Positions 53,736 to 64,000 of a stretch of 64,000 bases of DNA are shown in pieces. The stretch covers positions 9,858,001-9,922,000 of the forward strand of contig OZ059900.1 in NCBI GenBank assembly GCA_964057225.1, read 5' to 3'. The DNA is from Auanema rhodensis (lineage: Eukaryota > Animalia > Nematoda). Below the pieces are notes generated by a model. The model ran no database searches. It was not told where the DNA came from and saw only the letters and a program-made list of their open reading frames with translations. The position numbers and the translations under genes were made by a program. Positions within the stretch are counted from its first letter, which is position 1. Every line of letters begins with the position of its first letter.

Positions 53736-55381
53736 ATGGTTAGTTTTTACATTTTCTTAACATCATTGTTTAAAGGAAACAACAAACTCACTGCTAGATA
53801 TGAGCAACTTTGAGATTAATGACTTGGATCGCAGCTCTTCTCCTGATACTCTTCTGCTCAGGCCGGAAGCAACAGGAACGAATGAGGGAAATATTGGGTT
53901 AAAAAACCACAAGACTAGTAATGGGGCTGATTCATTCGGTTTGGGTTCTATTGCAACATCACTTGTATCGCATCCTGAGCGACCTAACGGTTTACATAAC
54001 TCTGAACCAATTCCACAGAGCATTCCAGTTCTTTCTACTAATATTACGGTAGCTACTAATTGTTTTCAATCTTGAATTAATGCTTTCATATATTCAGATC
54101 GGTGATTCTAATTGTGCTAATATACTTGAAATATCTGGTAAGCTATATTATACTATACGTACTGTCTTATTAGCTACTCACTTTAGACCTTCCAGAGTTC
54201 AACAATGATGGCTTAACTATGGTTCAGCGACAAAGAATTCAAAGAGAAATTATGGCTATGCATAAAGATCTCGAGGAGTGTAAACGTGAAATCCTCTTCT
54301 TAGATGATATTAATCTCGATATCTTTGTCACCCAGCAAACATACGATCAAGAATTCAAGTTCTATCTGAGAGAATTTGAACATTTCGCTTGCTGTGATTT
54401 CTCTGAAACAAAAAATACACTTTCGGGTGCACATAAACTGAAGAAAATAAGTTCTCTATGCGATGAAATGCTGGAAACTATGGAAGGTGCTTTGGATTGC
54501 TTGACTTTAGCCTGTGAAAGCAAACAATTTTTGAACAATACAATGGCTAGAATAATAGAAAAGAAGTGCACCGATATTCTTTCATGTGATTCAAAGAATG
54601 AAAATATATTTAGTTATTGCAATCAACAGGTAAACAATTGTTTGAAAGAGAACTATTATCAATTTCTCTTCTCAGCAATATCCTGATGATACTGCCAAAT
54701 TAGTTTCTAATGAGCAAGTTACAGACTTTATTCAGCACGTGGTTAGCCGAATTTATTATTCTACTGCTTATTTTTTTATTTCAGATTTTTTTTGGGTGTG
54801 AAGTGTTACCACAACGTCAAATTCATCTGCCTGATCTGATTGTGAATTTCGAATCTAGCATAGTCTAATATTTTGTTAATTACAGATTGAAGACTCACCA
54901 GAAGCAAAGTTTCAATTGAAAGATGTTAGCCGGCATACATTTGCTCATCTCAGAGCTTTGGTATGGAATCAAACAACTTAAAATATGGTTACAGCATATA
55001 TAATTTTTGTTTTTTCAGATTGAAGTAAAAGTTGCTCCGCTTTCTGTTATTCAGAATGAAACGTACCCTTATTTCCGGATAAGACATACAGCATTTACTT
55101 TTGAAGAACTACATTTGGTTGCAAATATTGTGAGAGGAATGCTTTTTTTCTTATAATAGTTTGAGTATTTAGCTGGAAAAAGATAGATTATCTCTAGTAC
55201 AGAGACAATTATTACAGAGAAAAAGAATACGTGTAAGTTTGTAAACTCAAAGAGTATATTCTATTTAACGTTTAAGGACAATGACAATAACATCACTAGT
55301 GATTCTGAAAGTGGCCAGGAACCTGCTGAAAAGCTTGGAACTTCCGGAAAAACTAAAACTAAAACAATGAAAAAACTATAA
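53736..55381 (+). CDS. Multi-exon lineage-specific protein, family 2, right copy
   Basis: ATG|gt first exon, S/T-rich exon 2 and a helical Cys-containing exon. Downstream exons and most intron positions are homologous to 5808-7689. Confidence 0.75.
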
Positions 55382-56019
55382 TCAATAATGGTACGATGTT
55401 TTAAACTTTTATTTTAATTGAATTATTTTTACTTGATATATCTCAGTATTATTATTATGAAATGAACATAATAAATATTTCTTTATTATTAATTATATAA
55501 ATTACATAGTTTTTTATATTATTTTTTATTATTTTCTTCGATTATAATTGATGTTTGTAATTATTTATCTATTGACAGATATCTGTATAAATGGCAGTCG
55601 GTTTTAACAATGGTATGTTTGAGAATATTTATTTTGTATTGAAAAAACAAAAAAATTATTTTTAGAACAAGAAAAAGTTTTTAAAAACAAAAAAAAAGTT
55701 TTTAAAACAAAGAAAAATAACTAAAATGACTCTTAGATAAAAGGATAGCCAGTTATTGTGGACTAATGCTAATTGGACGAAGTTTGCATAAGTGCAACCT
55801 ACAGTATACGTGCTCTATTGCAGTACTTGCGCTCTAAAACACAGGTTTGCATAAGGTGAAACTATTAAAATTATTGATTTTTTCTTTTTTTTCTTTCTTT
55901 TTTTAAACATAATTCTATTGTTTTTTTTAATATTTTTAATGTTTTAATTAATTAATTGTTTTTTTCAGTAGTTACCACTAAAGTTCTCTATATTGAGGCC
56001 GGATATTACCATAAACAAT

Positions 56020-56682
56020 ATGGTTAGTTAGTTTGAGGCTGTCAATTGCGTATATTTAATTTTAGGCCGTAGCATTACCTTTTCACCTTGACTACTATAT
56101 CTTGCAAAAATCCGAGCGAACTTTTGAAAAACAGTTAAAAGATTTAGAGCATGCGAATCGGAAGGACATCGAAGCTTTAGTGTCTGCTAGAATGGATCGT
56201 CTTCTGATGAGTCAAGAACTCGAAAAACACCATCCAGCTCTTGCATTACATTATCAGACACTGTGCTTGAAAATCAATGAGATAGAAGATGTGCTGATTG
56301 ATCGCATTAAACAATATACAAAAGCTGTTCAAAACCTATTCTCTGTGAAGAAACATTTGTCTAATATTAGAAGACTTCTGGAAATCAGAACTAATTCTCT
56401 CGGAGAAGAAAAGAGGCACCACTACATGATGCAACTGGAGTACCGGAAGCTGCACCATATGATTACGGATTACGTGACATTCTTCAAAAATCAAATTGAA
56501 GCATACGAAGAAGCGGATAAGAATTTCCCAGATGAATTGATTAAAGAATTCGGATCTAATCTGTCAAGATTCAAACAGATGAGAGAGGAGCTACAAACCA
56601 AAAGGTTAATCATCAGCTAGTTTCAAAGTGAATTAACTTTTTTTTCAGTACGAATATGCGCAATTACTTTGAAGAGGAGTAG
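56020..56682 (+). CDS. EYRK family member C
   Basis: ATG|gttagt, exon 2 from 56066, and a phase-2 last intron. Motif EEKRHHYMMQLEYRKLH. Confidence 0.8.
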
Positions 56683-56706
56683 AACACACATGAATTAGAT
56701 TTTCAT

Positions 56707-56716
56707 TGTTGCTGTT

Positions 56717-56758
<42 letters not shown>

Positions 56759-56759
56759 G
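56707..56759. repeat. (GTT)n microsatellite
   Basis: Direct reading. Confidence 0.9.
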
Positions 56760-57113
56760 AATTTTCAAATTTTATCACTTTGTTCTGTTTGGTTATGTTC
56801 TGATAAAAGTTGTTTGTTTACAAGATGTTTATTGAGGTCCATACAAATGATTCACACATGAAAACAGTTGATCAAAGCTATCTGTTTCTTCTCATATGTG
56901 CCAACCACACTGGACTTCACCATTAACAAAATGACGTTGTGATGAAACAAACGGAATAACTTGAAAGAACTGTCTAAATCTTTTACAACTTTTAATGGAT
57001 TATTTTAAAAGCTGAGTTGTTCGATATTACTCTTGAGAGCAAGTTACTTATATGTGTCCAAAGAGAACTAATTAAATTAAAACAAGTTTCTTGATATTAC
57101 AATGAAAAATGGA

Positions 57114-57157
57114 GATATACACGATATACACGATATACACGATATACAGGATATACT
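57114..57157. repeat. 9-bp tandem repeat (gatatacac)~5
   Basis: Direct reading. Confidence 0.85.
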
Positions 57158-57407
57158 CGTATTTTGTCAATACTACTCTTTTCATAGCAGTTTCTACCTT
57201 TAATTTTCGTTTCTATGAGAATTTCAGATAGAAACCGACTTGAACTGTACTTTCAATTTCATAATATTGATTTTTACAGTAATATATATTGTATTTTAAC
57301 ATCAAATAGTATAACATCTTGGTGTAATGGTTGTATTCCAGGTTAGTTGATAAACTCTCCTTGGATCATATCCTCTCCAGGTAAGTTACAAAAATAAAAA
57401 TATTCAC

Positions 57408-57408
<1 letters not shown>

Positions 57409-57454
<46 letters not shown>

Positions 57455-57472
57455 TCTCTCTATCTATCTCTC
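57409..57472. repeat. (CT)n microsatellite
   Basis: Direct reading. Confidence 0.9.
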
Positions 57473-57658
57473 CCTCAAAACCACACTCAATTGCAATATA
57501 TCCTTCCTACTTCATCATATATTCTCTCAGTATATATACTGAATACCTTATATCAGCTTCACAATCCTTGATTCTGGTGTATACAACTATTTCCTCCACT
57601 TTGCGGTTAATTATCGTACTTATCACCTGATTTATGAGAATTAAACAATATTAATATG

Positions 57659-57732
57659 AACATAGTAGTCTAGTGGTCTGAGCATTGGACTGCATTCTAC
57701 ACGGGCAAGTACAATCCCTTTCTGCGTTTTTT
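57659..57732 (+). pseudogene. Degenerate tRNA-like sequence (Cys-GCA-like pseudogene or SINE head)
   Basis: A-box-like tagtctagtgg. agcattggactgca resembles tRNA-Cys AGCATTCGACTGCA. The B box is degenerate (gtacaatcc) and T6 follows. The acceptor stem does not pair. Confidence 0.35.
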
Positions 57733-57739
57733 ATGAAAA

Positions 57740-58450
57740 TCGATAGCAAATCGAGAATCCAAAAAACGCTCGGATGGATTTTGAACGGGAAAAAGTGTTT
57801 ATTTTGGTATTTAAAAGCTGATATCTCTGTTCAAACTCAATATTTTTGAATTTTAATTGAGTCTTTCTGTAGTTCTGATTCATCTCTTCTCGCTCACAGA
57901 GATTTCAAAAACTTTCTCGTTTGGTTTGAAAGTTATAGCTTCATGAATATGAGACATGAAGCCTAAAGTTAGATTTCAAACAGCTCTATCTCCTTAACCA
58001 TTAAGATTTTCAATAATTTTCAATATGATTCGGAATCTACGTAATGAGATCTATCCAATGAACTGTCTATATCGAAGTTTGAAGCACTTTGAAATTTTGA
58101 AAATTAATGGAATTAGCTAGTTTCAGGTTTGAGAAATACAATTTTCGAGTTTTCTAAGTTTTAACTAGCTTATACGATAGAGTTGAACGTGCTGATTTCA
58201 AATTTTAAAATTCCGATTTTCAATTTTCACTTTCAAAGGAGTTACGAGCCTTTAAAGTTTTTGACGTTGAGTATTCAGAAGGATATATCTCCGTTCAGAC
58301 GAATTTTCAGAAGTTTGAAATTATCAGAATGTACATCTACGAGTTTGATTCACCTATGTGATGAATTTCAAAGCATTTCCTTAAAATTTTTAGTTTTTGA
58401 AGAAATCATCCCATTCCATGTACTCCCCCCTTACCTACTTTTGACCTAAA
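57740..58450. mobile_element. Probable decayed non-autonomous DNA-transposon-type repeat
   Basis: Non-coding, with recurring sub-motifs (atatctc.gttca.ac, atctacg) also seen in the 50.2 and 51.9 kb repeats. Termini not defined. Confidence 0.3.
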
Positions 58451-59108
58451 ATCGATCGATAAACCGTCTACTCTGAAGTTTTTTTACTTTTATAGGTTCA
58501 GAAGAGTTTTAGATAATTGTAGTATTTGACGTTATTTATATGTCATAGTTAACTATGTGATATGAACTCAGATATATATTCTAAGATCATCCTTGTTTCA
58601 TCTTCCAATGTATTGTCAATCTCGTTTTGATGTTCAAAGGTATCACAAAGGAGAATATAATGAAAAACTAAGATTCCAAGTATGAGAAGAGCAATCTTTA
58701 CGTTGTTTCGTCTCTAAAACTTTATTTTGTTATAGTTTATATCTGCTGTGAAGTCTTCAAAAAATTTTCTTAGTTTTTCATCCTATTCTCTTTTACCTCA
58801 AATTCAAGTAATAGTACTCATTATAATAAGTATATTGAGATTCAATCGTAGAAGATTTCATTTTGTTTATCAACGTCGCTTTTTCGTTTTCTTTTCTCAT
58901 TTCGCTCGGAGGCCAAATTTCTAAATTTCTATGTACGAAACTTGGAAGTATCGGTTATCAAACTTTTGATGCAGCCTTATGAGAAACTTGAAAATCTTAA
59001 TTTTATAAAACTTGTTTAATCCTTATTTCTCAAACAATAACTTATCTAATTATGAAACATTTCATTGAACATCAATACAAAGCAAAAAACTCAAATTATA
59101 AGAATATT

Positions 59109-59789
59109 TCACGGATTATGTCTCCTTTCAGAAAATAATTGACGTAGACCATCGCTAGAAAACAAATTTTGAAATATTGTTAAAAACAGTTAAAGAAGTT
59201 ACCTTCTTGTCGTCAAATATGTTTTCACTTTTTGGAAATGAGCTCTGAACGAAGAAAACTCTTTCAAAAACCCAGTCGGAGGAAGAACACCAGCTTGAAG
59301 AAATTGGTTTGCGTGATTGCACAAGAATCTCATATAACCTGTTATCAATAAAAACAGTTTTCGGTATTCGAGTTTCATCAAATGAGTAAATTTTTCTTCC
59401 ACACTCATGTTTTGTGGTGGTGTATCCAGTATTTTTGTTAACTGAGCTATCATTCTCTGCTGATAATAAAGTTCAGTTGTTGAACGATTGGTCAAATTCA
59501 TCTCCAAAGTCAGAACGTCTTCTCTTTCCTCTAATTGAGAGCTCAATTCTTTCATTTTAACCGAAATATCTGGTTCCAACTGTTGTACGATACTGAGCAA
59601 TTCATTACGACGTTGCCTTTCATCTGTAGCTACCGTAATATTATGTTGATGGATGCTATCAATAGTAATTTGACAATTAGAAAGCGTTGTCTCATCTATG
59701 AGTAATTGTTCATAGCTTTTGCTAAATATTTCCCTGAACGTCTGAAATCTATTAAATAATAAAACTATGGAAGAAAAATATTTAACCAT
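59109..59789 (-). CDS. EYRK family member D
   Basis: ATG|gt, exon 2 from 59741 (TFRE…), a phase-2 last intron, and last exon SDGLRQLFSERRHNP*. Confidence 0.85.
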
Positions 59790-59967
59790 GCTAAGTATAG
59801 TTCTCTATTTTAATGAAAATTCTTGAAGCTTTAGATAACTCACAAAAATTGTTAAAATAATAGAAGGATGGTAGAGAAGAATGGAAGTGAAATAAAATAA
59901 ATTTTTATGATAAATACCATAGAACGAGGGTGGCTAAATGAAAACAATATGCCTTATAAACACGTTT

Positions 59968-60450
59968 TTTTTGCTACCAGCAAAACACCTTGTCTGATTA
60001 AGATCTGATTTAGAAAACAAGCTGTTGCACTTTAATGTTATGCATTATCTTACAAAACAATATTTGCTGTAAGTTGTTATCAAGCTTTCAAGCTTTGAAT
60101 AAATATTTTCCTCACTATAACATTAGTGAGAATTCAAAAATTTCTATAGGGTCTTTTTAGACCCTAAGGATGAAGACTTGGCCTAATTAACAGTGTGGTT
60201 TTAGAATCAATTTTCGTTCAGCAAATCATGCCAGATTCTGTTCATAATTTATGAAATGTGTACTCATTCTCAGCTCATAAATATGGAAAAAACTTCATAA
60301 TTGAATGAGAAATTTGTCGTTGTACCAAAGAAAAAATAAGGAAATATAAAAACTCTGGAAAACTGTGGAATAATATGTATACATGACATGCTCAATTCAA
60401 TTGCAATACCTCATTTCCCGCCAAACAATAGAGCACATTTGAACCTTTGT
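59968..60450. repeat. Upstream region of D, near-identical to 61840-62588 apart from two indels
   Basis: Long identical runs such as agatctgatttagaaaacaagctgttgcac… and cgttcagcaaatcatgccagattctg…. Confidence 0.9.
60414..60443. promoter_or_regulatory. E2F/DP-type site TTTCCCGCCAAA with nearby TTTGAA
   Basis: Matches the E2F consensus. Similar sites occur at 62550, 63596 and 8017, upstream of other accessory genes. Confidence 0.35.
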
Positions 60451-61042
60451 TATCGTTTTTTTTATTTTTAAATAAATATGTGATTCGAATGAGAATCCAA
60501 AAATAAATTTTACGGGTTTGATAGATCACTACAACAAAAGATGTTTTGCATAACTTCGATGCCATGGTTTATATCTGATACCGTATCTTACATGGGTGTC
60601 TATCTTTGCTATTATCCAATTGAAGGATACACAACGCTCTTCTCACAATTTTGAGAATAAAATCTTATTAAAAACTGAAAATCATTTCTTCATAGATGAA
60701 TAGAAAGATTTGAAAGCATTGGATGAATTTAGGTGATCAATAAGATTCCAATTAAATAAAAATTATAATATATAATCATGAAGTAAACAATAATATTTAT
60801 CTGTTAATTGTATTCTAATTTCAATTTATCAGTTTGAAGAGCGAGGGGGGGTATTTTCAAATTATCAATACTAGCATTAGCATTGGATATAATTTCATTT
60901 TATCATAATTTATTCATAAATCTCTCTCTCTCATATTCACTAATTATGTGGTTGAAGGTGAATGAATTTGAATCATTAATGTTTGAAGAAACATTTCATT
61001 GAACATCAATACAAAGCAAAAAACTCAAAATATAAGAATATT

Positions 61043-61723
61043 TCACGGATTATGTCTCCTTTCAGAAAATAATTGACGTAGACCATCGCTAGAAAACAAA
61101 TTTTGAAATATTGTTAAAAACAGTTAAAGAAGTTACCTTCTTGTCGTCAAATATGTTTTCACTTTTTGGAAATGAGCTCTGAACGAAGAAAACTCTTTCA
61201 AAAACCCAGTCGGAGGAAGAACACCAGCTTGAAGAAATTGGTTTGCTTGATTGCACAAGAATCTCATATAACCTGTTATCAATAAAAACAGTTTTCGGTA
61301 TTCAAGTTGCATATAGTATGCAAATCTTTCCTCGACTGTCATGTTCAGTACCTTGAGCTCAACCATTTTTTTCATCTGAAGAGCTTTATGCTTGGCATCC
61401 TTGACTTCAACTGTTTTTTGATTCGCTTGCAGAAACCAGGTGATAAGGTTATCTCCCTTCTCATTCAAAATAGAATTTATTTTTTCCATTCTTGCACCTA
61501 TATCTGGCTCTAACTGTTGTACGATACTGAGCAATTCATTACGACGTTGCCTTTCAGCCAAAATTCTTGTAAAATTTCTTTGTTGTGCAGACATAACTTT
61601 CGTCATGTTTCGATCATAAGCTTTCTTAATGTTAATGAAGTGATTGTAATCATCGCGTGAACGATGTCTAAAGGTCTGAAATCCATTAATAAAGTAAAAT
61701 ATGAAAATAAAAGAACTAACCAT
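61043..61723 (-). CDS. EYRK family member E (tandem paralogue of D)
   Basis: Same three-exon structure as D. The 3' third, last intron and 3'UTR are almost identical to D. Confidence 0.85.
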
Positions 61724-62809
61724 ATTCAATATATGTAGTTTACTATATTTGAAGATGGATTTCTTTGAAATATCAGAACAAATAAAAAAAGGCAACCGTA
61801 GAAGAGGAAAAATGAATACAATATTCCTTATACATAAAGTTTTTTGCTACCAGCAAAACATCTTGTCTGGTTTAGATCTGATTTAGAAAACAAGCTGTTG
61901 CACTTTAATGTTATGCATTATCTTAAAAACAATATTTGCTGTAAGTTGTTATCAAGCTTTGAATTAATATTTTTGGTTTTCATATGAAATAGGTTACTAA
62001 ATTAATAATTTCCTCACTATAACATTAGTGAGAATTCAAATATTTCTATAGGGTCTTCTTAGACCCTTAGGATGAAGACTTGGCCTAATTAACAGTGTGG
62101 TTTTAGAATCAATTTCTGTTCAACGTACGGTATATGGGTGTTACGACGACACCAATTCTAAAGATAGCATCAAAAATCATTTATGAACACTTCTTCAATA
62201 TTATCAACCTAATATCATCATAGCTGAGAATCAACTTATTGTCTTTTGAGCGGTCTAATCTGCAAACATGGGAATTCTTTCTGAGTTCGCCTAAATAAAG
62301 ATTCATATTATAATTGCATCACTTGCGGACACTGCTCTTCTTCTCAAATTCGTTCAGCAAATCATGCCAGATTCTGTTCATAATTTATGAAATGTGTACT
62401 CATTCTCAGCTCATAAATATGGAAAAGACTTCATAATTGAATGAAAAATTTGTCGTTGTACCAAAGAAAAAATAAGGAAATATAAAAACTCTGGAAAACT
62501 GTGGAATAATATGTATACATGACATGCTCAATTCAATTACAATACCTCATTTCCCGCCAGACAATAAAGCACATTTGAACCTTTGTTAGTACTAATCATC
62601 TACCGTATCATATCAATTTTCAATTAGAATGCTTCATATTTGTGTTGTAATTTGTGAAAAGGTTTTACGTCAAAAAAATAAAAATCTCGTAATAGAAAAA
62701 ATATTTATAATTCACAGTAAAATATTTATTAATACACAGAAAAATTCTTAAAATTCGATAAAACATTCTACAAAACCTTAATTTCTTCAATGGTAGACCA
62801 CTGGTACTT

Positions 62810-63467
62810 CTATAACGGCGAAATATGCCGGATATCATTACTTAAATTAGATTTAAATTCCAATCAGAAACTAATAACTTACCATGCTGTTGTCAACTTT
62901 ATTTTCATATTTCTAAAACGTTTCAGATTACAGTGCAACTCGGAAAGTATGCAGTCAGGAATAGGAATACCAGCCTTCAGATAGAGTTCGGCCTGGTTTT
63001 GAACAAATTTCATGCAATCGATCATGAAATAATAGAGCTTTCGGAATTCAATAAAAAGTAAGGAAGTGAGTTTATCTTCTAGGCTCAAATCTTTCATCGT
63101 CATTTCCAGCAATCTTCTAATGTGGACTATCCGGTTTTTCATTACTTGGCTATCCAATAGTAGCTGATTATCTCGATGTATCGCACAAATCAGTTCATCT
63201 TCCGCAACGTTCAATTTAGAGTTGAGCACACTAATGTCATTGGCAATATTGGAATCTAGCATATCAGCAATTTCAAGTAGCTGGAAACGGCAATGTCTCT
63301 CATAAGTAATTCCATCCAGTATCTTCTTCTGATCAGCATTTTTTCTTATCTGAGAATGCCCAAAATCATCTTCGTATACGAGATCGTAATAAAAATCTCT
63401 ATTTGATCGTAATGTTAATGCCTCAAAAAAAAATGATATAATACCGAAATGAAAACTAAATTACCAT
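62810..63467 (-). CDS. EYRK family member F
   Basis: ATG|gtaatt, acceptor tttttgag, exon 2 from 63421 open in frame, and a phase-2 last intron. Motif EDKLTSLLFIEFRKLY. Confidence 0.78.
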
Positions 63468-64000
63468 ATTATATATAGCTTCTTGTTGTTTGACAACGTT
63501 AATATTCAAATATTTTACCTACCGCAGAGAAAACTATGTAAAATATGTAAAATTACGGTATAAAATCAATAAAATTGATTTGATGTTCATGATACTTTTC
63601 CCGCGAACTAATTAAAATAATGTAAAATAACAATAAATTACGCTACGCTTCCCGAAATTACGTCAAGTCACGCGGTTTATTAGCAGTAGAGCGGAAGAAA
63701 AACTATCCGAAAAAATAGAAATAGCAGAGCCTGTTTAAGATTTAAATGATATATTATTATGTTCCAGTGTTACTCACGACAGATACTAACTTTGGCATGT
63801 TAAAATGCTTTCATTTTGTTAAAAAATTTGCCATATTACTTCGATTTTTTCACTAAGATGTATAGAATTTCGCAATGGAGCAGATATGAGATAAACAATG
63901 TTTATCACAGTAGTAGATCAAAAAAAAATTTCATTTTTGTTTACTTCATAACTCAAAATACAATAATTTTGTAAGTGCGCGCGAAAATCAACTTTATTCA

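Noticed and set aside
57316-57345. tggtgtaatggtt A-box (tRNA-Gln-like)
   Set aside because: No cloverleaf or B box follows.
1-64000. CRISPR arrays or prokaryotic operons
   Set aside because: The sequence is intron-rich eukaryotic DNA with no repeat-spacer arrays.

Overview
AT-rich eukaryotic DNA with many very short (~39-55 nt) introns. It is most consistent with a rhabditid (clade V-like) nematode, based on a nematode-type 5S rRNA, flp-11, hlh-13, an innexin and trans-splice-like acceptors before several ATGs. A conserved core at ~10-48 kb holds TMEM135, flp-11, an innexin, glucosidase II alpha, FAM21/WASHC2, hlh-13 and a degenerate RhoGAP. It also holds several small spliced genes the ORF track misses, including an unrecognised amidated-peptide precursor, and a ~250-nt candidate structured RNA at 30.5-30.8 kb. 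Two accessory islands (0-9.3 kb and 49-64 kb) flank the core and share the same lineage-specific families: six paralogues of a helical 'EYRK' protein with a conserved gene structure, two paralogues of a second multi-exon family, and a shared short repeat. The left island also has two identical dispersed 5S genes and a small non-autonomous LTR-like element. Two tandem EYRK paralogues show a striking mosaic of constant and variable segments. All exon models were assembled by eye from splice signals and homology from memory; no searches were run.
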